From Candidatus Wildermuthbacteria bacterium (lineage in GTDB: Bacteria > Patescibacteriota > Minisyncoccia > Minisyncoccales > UBA10102), in the NCBI GenBank assembly GCA_016186115.1, contig JACPMK010000002.1, positions 200,983 to 264,982 of the forward strand: a stretch of 64,000 bases of DNA, given 5' to 3'. Every line of letters starts with the position of its first letter. The first letter of the stretch is position 1. The translations under genes were made by a program, and so were the position numbers. The notes under the pieces are model-generated. The model was given only the letters and a program-made list of their open reading frames with translations, was not told where the DNA came from and did no database searches. This document shows positions 25,662-35,063 of the stretch, one piece after another.

Positions 25662-26228
25662 TTATTTTGGCAAAAGTTTCTGATACTCTTTCAAAAGAAA
25701 ACGCCAATGGCGGCGGGACCAATAAGGGCCGGCGTATGCAATGCCAATGCGAGGAGTCGCAATAATACCCGACGGTTTTATCTCTACTCCCCTATCTTCC
25801 AACCAAACTTTCTTGCTCATCACCAAATTCTCGCCATAAAAACTCTTGTCGAGTTTTAGATGCCTGCAAAGTTTACCGGGCCCGTTCGCCTCGCTAATCT
25901 TCCCGTCCACTGCCAAAGCGCGAATCAACACGCATTCTGGCGCCCCCGCTTTATAGGTAGAGATATTGAATTGCCAGTACATTCCGTATACGAGATAAAT
26001 ATAGATATGCCCGCCTTCCAGCCACTCGGCTTTGTTGCGAAGAGTCACCTTTCCCCTATACGCATGGGAGGCCTTATCGCGGGGCCCGATGTAGGCCTCT
26101 GTCTCAATAATTTTGCCCTCAATCTGCTTTTTGCCAATTTTCCTGATGATATATTTTCCGAGCAAATCTTTTGCAACCTGCAGCGTGGGCCGGATATAAA
26201 ATTTTCTTGCGAGGCGCTTGCTTTTCAT
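25662..26228 (-). CDS. mpg: DNA-3-methyladenine glycosylase (Mpg/AAG family)
   Basis: 188-aa ORF with VAKDLLGK, ETEAY and SHAYRG motifs and YIYLVYGMY. Confidence 0.85.
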   Translation of the reverse strand: MKSKRLARKFYIRPTLQVAKDLLGKYIIRKIGKKQIEGKIIETEAYIGPRDKASHAYRGKVTLRNKAEWLEGGHIYIYLVYGMYWQFNISTYKAGAPECVLIRALAVDGKISEANGPGKLCRHLKLDKSFYGENLVMSKKVWLEDRGVEIKPSGIIATPRIGIAYAGPYWSRRHWRFLLKEYQKLLPK

Positions 26229-27376
26229 TTTTTCACCAAGCGATGCAAAGCTCTGTTTTTCTCGCTCGCTGGAATCTTGGTCTGCCTGACCGCCTTTGCC
26301 AACATCTCAATCGTGTGGTCATAAGTTTCGCGATCAACCGGATAAGGAATTTCATCTTTGCCCCCATGGGCAAAACTGTATCTGGCTGGATCTTCATAGG
26401 ATGGCCGCGCGCCATAGATCACTTCTGACACCAAGGCCAAAGCGCGCATTGTTTTTGGCCCCACGCCTTCTAACGCCAGAAGTTTTTCGTATGTCGTGGG
26501 TTTATAGTAAGAAATTTTTGCAAAAATCTTATCAAGATATTTGCTCCTCGAAAAATCCTCCTCTGCAACGGGATGCCACATGGGCTCTTTGCCTTCGAGC
26601 TTTAAAAGCGTAAGCTGATCATTGCCTTGTTTTAAGGCAGCCATTTTTGAAAATTCTGTTGAGTGTTTCCTCATTAATTCCAAATCCTGTTTCAAAGTTT
26701 GATACCCCTGCTGCGCAAGTTCAGTTGAAATCTTGCGGGTATTGCCGCTTTGCTTAGCGGTAAGATTGAGCACATATTTTTGAAATTGCTGCGAGGCAAT
26801 TCCAGTATGTGGCTCTTCTACCAGCTCGTGCACGTTTTCTGAAAACCAGTGATAACGCCGGGCGGTTTGATCTGCAATATTCATCCCCTGCTGCACTACC
26901 GACCATACGCCATTTCTAGAGAAGAAAAAACTATGATGATAAATCTGGTAGCCATCTTGCACTAAAGCACTGTCTACCTTTGCCGCCATTCTCGAATTAT
27001 ATTCAAGATTCTGCGTATACTCTGCCGGAAGATATAATCTTTCGCCCCATTCATGAATTTGCTCTGGAGTTTTACGCGATGTTTTGCCTTTACCGCCGCA
27101 AATAAAAATTTCGAGCTCCCGCTCCTGCCCGCGGATGGCTTCTTTGAGCGCCGCGGTCAAAATAGTGGTCAAACCCGAAGCATTCCAATCAAACGCCAGC
27201 ACCGTTCCCAACGACTGAAACCACACCGGGTCTGCAATTCTCTTGATAAATTCATCTGGGCCGTACTCTTCCACCAATACCCTTGTCATCTCGCGACCAA
27301 GTCGAACCATCCGCTCAAAGAGCCATTTTGGACATTTCCCATAGTCGAGTGTAAATGTGGCGATGCCGCGATACAT
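26225..27376 (-). CDS. DUF763 family protein
   Basis: 383-aa ORF with KCPKWLFERM and DPVWFQSLGTVLAFDWNASGLTT, characteristic of DUF763. Confidence 0.7.
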   Translation of the reverse strand: MYRGIATFTLDYGKCPKWLFERMVRLGREMTRVLVEEYGPDEFIKRIADPVWFQSLGTVLAFDWNASGLTTILTAALKEAIRGQERELEIFICGGKGKTSRKTPEQIHEWGERLYLPAEYTQNLEYNSRMAAKVDSALVQDGYQIYHHSFFFSRNGVWSVVQQGMNIADQTARRYHWFSENVHELVEEPHTGIASQQFQKYVLNLTAKQSGNTRKISTELAQQGYQTLKQDLELMRKHSTEFSKMAALKQGNDQLTLLKLEGKEPMWHPVAEEDFSRSKYLDKIFAKISYYKPTTYEKLLALEGVGPKTMRALALVSEVIYGARPSYEDPARYSFAHGGKDEIPYPVDRETYDHTIEMLAKAVRQTKIPASEKNRALHRLVKK

Positions 27377-27497
27377 ACCTTAATAAAATTCTTAATTTTT
27401 AATGGAAAAGAGCCCACAAGTTCATTATACCAAAATACCAAAAATAAATTGGGCTTCATTGAAAAGCCCATACATGAGACAGGCTAATCCTGTCTAG

Positions 27498-28412
27498 CTA
27501 TTGTGTTGCGAGATGATATTTTGGCGCGGTTTGGGCGTATAAACTCTGAATCTCCCCTGCCGTCAAAATCTTTCCATAAATTTTCAGATCATCTATAGCA
27601 CCCTTAAACATAATATCGGCGTAGCCACCGAGTCGCAAACACGAGTCAATAGGATCTATGGGAATGATTCCCTCCTTTTGAGAATTACTGACTCCATCAA
27701 CATAAATTTTCCCGTCATTCATTGACGCGTCCCATGTCATAGCAACAAAATGCCACTCACCTGTCTGCCAATTGCCGACCGATGTAAAGATATTAGCACC
27801 TCCACCTACTATGCCGGTTCGCCATGTCATTTGAAGCCTTCTGACATTACCGGACTCATTCTTTAGCGTCACTGACCAGCGTTCTGATTGAGGATTACTC
27901 CTCATGCGAAAGACACCAATCGAAGTTCCGCTAGCTCCCCATGTAGCAAATCCTCGTTTAATCCACATAGTGACAGTCCCTTTTTGACGATCAATTGCAG
28001 AGGAGGGCAATACCACATAATCATTGGTACCGTCAAATTCGAGCGCAAAACTGTTTTTGGCATTGTCTTCATAGTATGTCGGGCAATTTCCATTGCCAGA
28101 AGTACAATTAATGGTATTGCAACTCGCGCCCGTACCTCCAAGCGTTCCATTCTGATTGTTTCCCGATGTATCCAATGCGGTGCTGCCCGAACCTTCGTCG
28201 AATTTCCATTCGGCTCGCAAATCAGTTCTCAACACACTATCAAAAGCAGAGCTGACTTCTTTTAATCCGCCCACTCTGCCGCGTTCTCTCATTGTTTTGA
28301 GGCCAAGCACAACAACTCCTGCCAGAATGCCAATAATAACAACGACCACCAAAAGCTCCATCAATGTGAATCCTTGAGATGCAGCTCTGTTCTGCTTTAT
28401 GGTTTCGGCCAT
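27498..28412 (-). CDS. Type IV pilin-like protein with a LamG/concanavalin-like domain
   Basis: From Met MAETIKQNRAASQGFTLMELLVVVVIIGILAG, a prepilin-type N-terminus. The following WKFDEGSGSTALDTSGN... region is typical of LamG-like jelly rolls. Confidence 0.6.
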   Translation of the reverse strand: MAETIKQNRAASQGFTLMELLVVVVIIGILAGVVVLGLKTMRERGRVGGLKEVSSAFDSVLRTDLRAEWKFDEGSGSTALDTSGNNQNGTLGGTGASCNTINCTSGNGNCPTYYEDNAKNSFALEFDGTNDYVVLPSSAIDRQKGTVTMWIKRGFATWGASGTSIGVFRMRSNPQSERWSVTLKNESGNVRRLQMTWRTGIVGGGANIFTSVGNWQTGEWHFVAMTWDASMNDGKIYVDGVSNSQKEGIIPIDPIDSCLRLGGYADIMFKGAIDDLKIYGKILTAGEIQSLYAQTAPKYHLATQ

Positions 28413-29065
28413 ATATGTGCGGCAGCTGGATAAATTTTTGTTAAGGGATGATTTTTGCAATCGTGTTTTCTCGCTGGGCAAATCTGTCGGCCGTACTCAA
28501 TCATGAGATACGTAAAGTCCTTCCATTCTTCTCTCGGCAAAAGCTCCATAAGGTCTTTCTCAATCTTTTCGGGAGTATTATATTCTGTAAGCCCAAATTT
28601 TCGGCAAAGCCGCTTCACATGTGTATCCACCGCAACGCCTTCCACAAAGCCATACACCGTACCTTGGATAACGATTGCACTTTTTCGCCCAACTCCCGGA
28701 AGCGTAATCAATTCTGCTACTGTTTTTGGCACTGTCTCGCCAAACCTCTCTTTCACAATTTTTGCTGCTGCAAGAATATTCTTTGCCTTGTTTTTGTAAT
28801 AATTAATGCTTCGAAGATCCTGCTCAAATTCTTTTGGACTCACTTTCACATAGTCTTCAAGCGTTTGATATTTCTGGAATAATTTTTCTGTTACTTCGTT
28901 GACTTTTTTATCGGTATTCTGCGCAGAAAGCACAACCGCAACCAACAGTTCCCACGGACTTGAAAATTTGAGAGCAATTGTGGCCTTTGAAAAAAGTTTT
29001 TCGAGTGCCTTGACAATCTTTGCAACCCGCTGGCGCCTTACTGCAGCTGACTCATTCGTTTTCAT
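28397..29065 (-). CDS. nth: Endonuclease III
   Basis: 222-aa ORF with HhH (LPGVGRKSA), a catalytic region, and a C-terminal Cys cluster. Confidence 0.9.
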   Translation of the reverse strand: MKTNESAAVRRQRVAKIVKALEKLFSKATIALKFSSPWELLVAVVLSAQNTDKKVNEVTEKLFQKYQTLEDYVKVSPKEFEQDLRSINYYKNKAKNILAAAKIVKERFGETVPKTVAELITLPGVGRKSAIVIQGTVYGFVEGVAVDTHVKRLCRKFGLTEYNTPEKIEKDLMELLPREEWKDFTYLMIEYGRQICPARKHDCKNHPLTKIYPAAAHIWPKP

Positions 29066-30242
29066 TTTTCTCTACCTTTTCTGGAGTTGGGGATGAGGAG
29101 AGTTTTCGCAAAATATTCCTTGCATTTGCTTCTGCTGCTGTTGCCTGGCCAAATGCCTCGCCGTACTTCATTTGAGCAAATGCTTCTTTTGCTTTTTGAA
29201 GATGCTGCTCTACGCCAGCTTGCAAAACCTTCATTGACTGCGGAACTTCCTTTAACTCACTCATTTTCTTCTTTGCTTCTGCCAATTTCTCCTCTGCATG
29301 TTCTATTTGTTCTGCCGCTTTCGACTTTCTCTCGGCTTCATCCCCCAACTTCTCTTCTACCTGTTTTTTTGCCCTTTCAATAGCTTCTCCTGCACCAGTC
29401 GAAACATTCTTTTTTATCTCTTCAAGAATTACGGCTCTTTTCGCCGGATCGCCCGGAATACGCTTGACCATCTCCGATAACCCCTCTACGCTTTTATCTC
29501 CTTTCGCAGCCTTTTCTTCTATTTTCTCTTCCAAGCGATCCTGCAGTTCGATTCGCAACTCTTCGAGTCGCTCTTTTTTCTCTGCAGGCAAATTGGGAGC
29601 AATGCGATCGATCATCTCAATAGCGCGCAATTCTTTTAATGCGCTGCCCTTTGATTTTTCAAATGCATTTTTCATTCTCTGCTGAAACTTTTGTGAAGTA
29701 TCTTTTTCGGCTGCTTTCTCAATCGTATCCGCGATCTTTTCTTTTACTGCCTCTAATGATGCTGCACGGTCTTGATGCTTTTCTTGCAATTGTTCGAAAA
29801 GCTTTTCATGAACTACACTCTTTTCCGCAAGCCGATCCAGCAGCCGATCGATATTTGGATTTTGCGATGTTTCTTTCAGTGCCTCCAATCTTGCTCCCAA
29901 ACGCTCGTGGGATTTTTGATAATTCGTCAAAGCACGCGTAATCGACTTCTCATCGTTTTTTGTTTCCAAAATTTGTTTTGCTTCAGCTGCCTTTTCATCA
30001 GCAATACGCAACTCTAATTCTGCCTTCTTTTCTGAATTGAAAGTGAATATCCGCTGCAAACCCCTCCCCCATTCCTTGAAGAAATAGAGCCGACTGGTAG
30101 GAAGAGTCCCGGGATCTGTAACGCCTAAATCTGCATTGGTTATTGTTTCTTCCTGAACCGCTGTTTGCACTTCTACATCCGCAAACGCAATTCCCACGAA
30201 CATAAAAACTCCTACGAAAACAAAAAGAAAATATGCCTTCAT
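29052..30242 (-). CDS. Secreted Lys/Glu-rich coiled-coil protein
   Basis: 396-aa ORF with a signal peptide followed by long charged helical sequence; no catalytic motif. Confidence 0.5.
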   Translation of the reverse strand: MKAYFLFVFVGVFMFVGIAFADVEVQTAVQEETITNADLGVTDPGTLPTSRLYFFKEWGRGLQRIFTFNSEKKAELELRIADEKAAEAKQILETKNDEKSITRALTNYQKSHERLGARLEALKETSQNPNIDRLLDRLAEKSVVHEKLFEQLQEKHQDRAASLEAVKEKIADTIEKAAEKDTSQKFQQRMKNAFEKSKGSALKELRAIEMIDRIAPNLPAEKKERLEELRIELQDRLEEKIEEKAAKGDKSVEGLSEMVKRIPGDPAKRAVILEEIKKNVSTGAGEAIERAKKQVEEKLGDEAERKSKAAEQIEHAEEKLAEAKKKMSELKEVPQSMKVLQAGVEQHLQKAKEAFAQMKYGEAFGQATAAEANARNILRKLSSSPTPEKVEKNENE

Positions 30243-30256
30243 AATTTTATTATTAG

Positions 30257-30493
30257 CTACTTCACCTCTTGTTTTTTAAAAATGGCGAACTTTCCTTTGC
30301 TGAAGACAAAGATATACAAAATCTCAAGAATCGCAAAAGTGTTTAAAATAAGAATTGCAATAAACCAAATTTTTTCTTCGCGATGAGCTGCTTTCCATAG
30401 GGCAATTCCTTTCCAAGGCAATGTCCATAGCGCAATAACGAGAAGAACGAGAGAATCCGCCCACGAATTCACAAAAGATAATTGCTGCGACAT
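30257..30493 (-). CDS. Small two/three-TM membrane protein (DUF5652-like)
   Basis: 78-aa ORF with WKGIALWKAAHREEKIWF and ILNTFAILEILY. The family assignment is from memory of CPR genomes and is unverified. Confidence 0.45.
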   Translation of the reverse strand: MSQQLSFVNSWADSLVLLVIALWTLPWKGIALWKAAHREEKIWFIAILILNTFAILEILYIFVFSKGKFAIFKKQEVK

Positions 30494-30505
30494 ATATGTA
30501 CAAAA

Positions 30506-30994
30506 TTATCTGATAGGAGAAGATTGAGGAATTGCCGGTGCCGCACTTTCGACAGAAATCCGAACTTGTCTCGTAAAGCACTGCCGCCCTATTCCGTGAT
30601 CCCACGACTCTTCAAAAAATGGTTTTGGCATGCCCATTTCTTCTGCTTCTGACGATGTATCAGTTGCAAATGCCGCACAGAGCTCATAGGTAGTGGCATT
30701 CTGAACGCGATATTCATACAGTTCACCTGTTAAGGGATCCCTTATGGATGACACATACGTATAGGGCTGCTGATTTCTTAAATCCTCCAAGCTCGAAGGG
30801 AGCTCTTTGTTCCGTTGCCAATAAGAGTCGATCGCATAGGAAATACCCTGAAGATCAGAAATCCTTCGCTGGTCGAATTGAACTGCGCGTTGTTGAGAGG
30901 GCGAGCCAACCAAAACAAGCCCGTATACTACCGCGCCAACGACAAGTACGATCACGACGACAAAAAATATTTTTAGCCAAAGAGGAGTTCTCAT
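30506..30994 (-). CDS. Membrane-anchored hypothetical protein
   Basis: From Met MRTPLWLKIFFVVVIV (ATGA overlap with the upstream stop). One TM helix followed by a soluble domain. Confidence 0.45.
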   Translation of the reverse strand: MRTPLWLKIFFVVVIVLVVGAVVYGLVLVGSPSQQRAVQFDQRRISDLQGISYAIDSYWQRNKELPSSLEDLRNQQPYTYVSSIRDPLTGELYEYRVQNATTYELCAAFATDTSSEAEEMGMPKPFFEESWDHGIGRQCFTRQVRISVESAAPAIPQSSPIR

Positions 30995-31629
30995 ACGGCT
31001 ATTTCTTCTTTTTCTGCTTGTCTTAATTTCCAAAGGTAATATCCAAAAATACTTCCCGTAATCACGAGCACGGTCAAGGCCTTGAGAGTAAAGCGAGGGG
31101 TCAGTTCTCCGCCCAAAAGATTTGTCAAAAGCGTAATGAGATCGCCAATGATAATTCCGGCTCCGATAACCAGAGTAAGATATGTCAGCCATTTTGCGAT
31201 CCTCGATTTCTTTCGTTCGGGATCCCGTGCTTCGCTTTTGGTAAGCTGCCAGATTAAAGCCAAATAGATCGGAAACGCAACAATAATAGCGGAGATGGCT
31301 GCCCGCAAACCCGAAGAGTAAAATCTCCCTCCCACAGCCAATGGATCTGGAAATGCCCTGTCGATAAAAGCAAAAACAAGCGCCCCAAAGCTAAACGCCG
31401 TAATGTAGAGGGTGATAAAAGAAACGAGATAGAGAAATGCTTCCCTTGCCTGAAGATAGGGCTTGGGTTTGGGGACTGGCACAGGAAAATTCAATTCGGC
31501 AAAAGAGGACAATGCTTGTTTCACTTCTTCCTTTTGCCACCCGGCCCTGATTAATGCCTCTTCAATTTCTCTTCTTCCAGCCCCTTTTTCTAAGGATTCT
31601 TTTACGAATATATAGAGTTCGTTAGTCAT
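30991..31629 (-). CDS. Multi-TM membrane protein (DUF5671-like)
   Basis: 212-aa ORF with a small N-terminal soluble domain followed by four TM helices. Family assignment unverified. Confidence 0.45.
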   Translation of the reverse strand: MTNELYIFVKESLEKGAGRREIEEALIRAGWQKEEVKQALSSFAELNFPVPVPKPKPYLQAREAFLYLVSFITLYITAFSFGALVFAFIDRAFPDPLAVGGRFYSSGLRAAISAIIVAFPIYLALIWQLTKSEARDPERKKSRIAKWLTYLTLVIGAGIIIGDLITLLTNLLGGELTPRFTLKALTVLVITGSIFGYYLWKLRQAEKEEIAV

Positions 31630-31639
31630 AAAATTAAAA

Positions 31640-33361
31640 TCAGTCCTGAATAAATAGCACTTGAGCCATAAACCGCAGAGCTTTTCTTAAGATACTCTGC
31701 GATTGCGGCTGTTCTTGAGGCGCAGATGGTGCCTGCTCCTCTGCTGGAGGAGGCGCTACTTCTTGTGGTTGAAGTTGCTCTTGGGGTTGCTCTTGAAATT
31801 GGAGAGGTGCTTGCATCTCTTGCTGCTCTTGAGGAAATCCTTGATTCATCATTTGTTCTTTGCATTCTTCTTCTGAAGTGCACCCTCCCGGACCCTGAAA
31901 CGGCACGGGCATATTTTCGGGAGGCCTGTTTTCGCCCTCCATTTCATGCCTTTCTTCTCTTGGCCCCATTTCCTCACGAAATTCCTGCGGCATTTGTTCT
32001 CCTCCTTGCGAACCTCCGAAATTCATGCACGTTTCCTGATTCGCGGAATCAGAACAAAATGCTCTACACTCTTCTTCTGACGTACAGCCACCCGGCCCAG
32101 TGAAGCCCGGCGGCATTTGCCCTTCGCCTCCAGCGCCGGGAGGCATCGGCCCCTCCCCGTTTGGACCTTGCTGGGGCATAAATTGCTCAAAACATACTCT
32201 CATCTGATCCCCTATTTGAGAGCCCGGAAGCAAGGTTCCTGCCTGAATTTTCTCTATTGTTTCTGTGCCCAAAGAATCGCGAAGACAATTGGTAACTTCA
32301 GGCGGCGCGTTTTGCAGTCCTTCTTTCAAGCTGCTCATGCCTTCTTGCATTTTCTGCAATTCTTCTTCTGAAATGAGGCCGTGCTCTTTTGCAAAATTGA
32401 AACATGTCTCTTGATTTGCAGGATCATTACAAAATGCTTCGCATTCTTCCTTGCCCTTGCAATCGCCCGGCCCTTTGCCACCGGTTTTCTTAAACATTTC
32501 GAGTTCTTCCTGTGTCATAAAACCTGCCTTTGCAGCAAACTCTGCGCATTCTTCTATATTTGCATCCTCTGAGCAATATGCCTCACACTCCTTTTTTTCT
32601 CTACACCCTCCAGGCATTTCTCCGCTTATCATCAAGGGAAGAATTTTCCGTGCTTCGGCAGCCTCTTCGGCAGAAATGAAGCCGGCTTGTTCTGCGAAAT
32701 TCAGACATGCTTCCATATTGGTGGGCTCGGCACAATATGCCTCACACTCATTCTTGGTTCTGCATCCGCCCGGCAATTGCGCGCCCGCCTCCAGAGCCGC
32801 AGCCACCTGTCTTGCCTCCTGTAGTTCTTCCGGGGGAATCAAACCTGCCTTTTCCGCAAAATCCAAACACTCTCCTATATGTGTACCATCCTCACAATAT
32901 GCATCGCATTCCTCTTTTGTGCGACATCCGCCCGGCAATTGCGCGCCTTCTTGAAGGACTTTTGCCACTGCTCTCGCCTCCTCTATCTCTTTAGACGACA
33001 ATAACCCATTCTCACTTGCAAAAACGAGGCATTCTTCAATATTGGAAATATCTTCACAATATCCTTCACATTCCTCTCGGCTCTTGCAGCCGCCGGGTCC
33101 TTCCTTTACTGCATCTACAATTTTTGCCTTTTCAATCTCATCTTCAGAAAGAAGACCGTGCTTTTCGGCAAAATCAAGACATGCTGTTTTATTGTCGGGA
33201 TTGTCGCAATAGCTCTTGCATTCTTCCTGATTGGCACAGTTGCCAAGTTCTTCAATAGGATAGAGAATATCATCTTGACTTTGGGCAAAAGCAATATATC
33301 CTGCGAACAACCCAAAGCTCAAAAGCATGAATGAAATAAAATAAATAAAGCGTGAATTCAT
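31640..33361 (-). CDS. Secreted Cys-rich modular repeat protein with a Q/E/P-rich tail
   Basis: 573-aa ORF with a signal peptide, then seven or more modules of pattern GGC-x5-C-x3-C-x8/9-C-LxFAxxxGL, then a low-complexity tail. Confidence 0.6.
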   Translation of the reverse strand: MNSRFIYFISFMLLSFGLFAGYIAFAQSQDDILYPIEELGNCANQEECKSYCDNPDNKTACLDFAEKHGLLSEDEIEKAKIVDAVKEGPGGCKSREECEGYCEDISNIEECLVFASENGLLSSKEIEEARAVAKVLQEGAQLPGGCRTKEECDAYCEDGTHIGECLDFAEKAGLIPPEELQEARQVAAALEAGAQLPGGCRTKNECEAYCAEPTNMEACLNFAEQAGFISAEEAAEARKILPLMISGEMPGGCREKKECEAYCSEDANIEECAEFAAKAGFMTQEELEMFKKTGGKGPGDCKGKEECEAFCNDPANQETCFNFAKEHGLISEEELQKMQEGMSSLKEGLQNAPPEVTNCLRDSLGTETIEKIQAGTLLPGSQIGDQMRVCFEQFMPQQGPNGEGPMPPGAGGEGQMPPGFTGPGGCTSEEECRAFCSDSANQETCMNFGGSQGGEQMPQEFREEMGPREERHEMEGENRPPENMPVPFQGPGGCTSEEECKEQMMNQGFPQEQQEMQAPLQFQEQPQEQLQPQEVAPPPAEEQAPSAPQEQPQSQSILRKALRFMAQVLFIQD

Positions 33362-33367
33362 ACAATA

Positions 33368-33652
33368 CTACTTTTCAAAAGGATTGGTATAGGTATCTTT
33401 GAAGGGATTGGTTTTTGCCTCGCCAAAAGGATTGGTTTTTGCATCGAAGGGGTTTGTTTCGGGAATTTTTTCTCCGGGATTTTGCACCTGCTGATAAATT
33501 TCACTCCCTAATCCTCTGGCTGGCGCTTGAGGAGAAGCAGCTGGTGCTTTCTCGCTTTTAGAACGAATAAAAAACGCGTAATAAAGCGCTGCGGTAGCCA
33601 ATAGGATAACAAAAACAAGAAAGAGAAGGAAAAAAATCTTTTTCTTCGCCAT
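33368..33652 (-). CDS. Small membrane-anchored protein with four TNPF repeats
   Basis: 94-aa ORF with an N-terminal TM helix. The C-terminus reads ETNPFDAKTNPFGEAKTNPFKDTYTNPFEK. Confidence 0.5.
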   Translation of the reverse strand: MAKKKIFFLLFLVFVILLATAALYYAFFIRSKSEKAPAASPQAPARGLGSEIYQQVQNPGEKIPETNPFDAKTNPFGEAKTNPFKDTYTNPFEK

Positions 33653-33708
33653 AGTACATTATACCTATTCTCTTTAGCTCAAGCGAATGTACTTTTCCAC
33701 AAGGCACT

Positions 33709-34674
33709 TTAAGCAATGAGGCGTTTAAATTCCTCGACCATGGGGACTTTTTCTGGCTCTACCCCGTAATAAAGAGCAAGGTGGTATGCTGCCCAATCAG
33801 CGCAAAGCAATGAAGAAAAAGTTCTTTCCATCGTGGAAAGGCCCTCCATGTTTATATTTTCCACCGACAATCCCCTTGCTGCGTAAAGTTTTTGAAGAAT
33901 ATCCATTCTCTTGAGAATTTTCGGATGATCCAAGCGATCCCGAAGAATAATGCAATAAAAATTATGGGAAAGTTGTCTCGTGTTTTCTTTCGCGTCAAAT
34001 CCAGTCATTTCGTTGTGATTGAGTTCCGGGAATACGTTATAAAACGCAGGAATTTTTCCTGTTTCATTGAATTTAATTTTCCAGTTATAAGCAATTGCAT
34101 AATTTCGCTGGGAAGAATACATAAGAGGAATCTTCCCCTTGAGTCGCTCGGCCAATGCCTTCCCTTTCTGCTCTAGGGAATCCACTTCAAGCTTTGAGGC
34201 AAGCGCCGCGGCCTGTTCCTCAACATCTCTTTGACCCATCACGCGCGCCAATGCCTTGAAACTAAATCCGAGAGCCATACGCGGCTGAATTCCCGTATCG
34301 GGCATCTGAATAAAAGGGACACGATATTGTTTGGCAAGATCAAGCAATTGCCCCCCAATTGAAATCGCTGCTACCGGCACGCCTTTTACGATTGCTTCCC
34401 GAAAAACGCTCAAGGTCTCCTCGGTATTGCCGGAATAGGAACTGGCGATAACCAATGCCTTTTCCAAAACTTCCATTGGCCAGCTCGGAAGCCCGTAATC
34501 CTGATGCACGGATAAATCAAATCCGGGCACAATAGTTTGAAAAAGATCGCCCTGCAAATGCGATCCACCCATTCCAGCCAGAATATACTTTCCTGTTCGG
34601 CGAAGTTTATGCTCATTTTCGATAAATGGCTCCCATGCAAATTGTTTTGCAAATTCTCGTATCGCCTTTTCCAT
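33709..34674 (-). CDS. Bifunctional phosphoglucose/phosphomannose isomerase (SIS domain)
   Basis: From Met MEKAIREF, with ILAGMGGSHL and SYSGNTEE SIS motifs and a PGI/PMI-type C-terminal half. Confidence 0.7.
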   Translation of the reverse strand: MEKAIREFAKQFAWEPFIENEHKLRRTGKYILAGMGGSHLQGDLFQTIVPGFDLSVHQDYGLPSWPMEVLEKALVIASSYSGNTEETLSVFREAIVKGVPVAAISIGGQLLDLAKQYRVPFIQMPDTGIQPRMALGFSFKALARVMGQRDVEEQAAALASKLEVDSLEQKGKALAERLKGKIPLMYSSQRNYAIAYNWKIKFNETGKIPAFYNVFPELNHNEMTGFDAKENTRQLSHNFYCIILRDRLDHPKILKRMDILQKLYAARGLSVENINMEGLSTMERTFSSLLCADWAAYHLALYYGVEPEKVPMVEEFKRLIA

Positions 34675-34706
34675 GTTTGTATTATAGCTCACCCAAAGTA
34701 AGAGCA

Positions 34707-35063
34707 CTAGCCGGTAATATTTTCGTAATGGTCGATGCGAATGAGATTGCCGCTTTCATCGAGAACGATACAAACAGCATCGATGCGATAGGGTTTGGAA
34801 ATGCGGCGTATCGCGGCATAGGCATTTGCATTACGCATCAATCTTTGCATTTTTCTATAGTTGAGTGTCTCTTCTGGCAGCCCAAATTGCTCCCCGATCT
34901 TTGTCCGCACCTCGATAAGAACGCACCATTCCTTGTTCTCGGCGACTAAATCGATCTCACCATATTTCGTATGCCAGTTCTGTTCAATAATTTTGTATCC
35001 TTTGCCGCGGATATATTTTTTTGCAAGCTCTTCTCCCCTTTTGCCTACTTCGATATGGTTCAT
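34707..35063 (-). CDS. yraN: YraN family (UPF0102) endonuclease-fold protein
   Basis: 118-aa ORF with GKRGEELA..YI and GEIDLVA...IEVR motifs. Confidence 0.8.
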   Translation of the reverse strand: MNHIEVGKRGEELAKKYIRGKGYKIIEQNWHTKYGEIDLVAENKEWCVLIEVRTKIGEQFGLPEETLNYRKMQRLMRNANAYAAIRRISKPYRIDAVCIVLDESGNLIRIDHYENITG

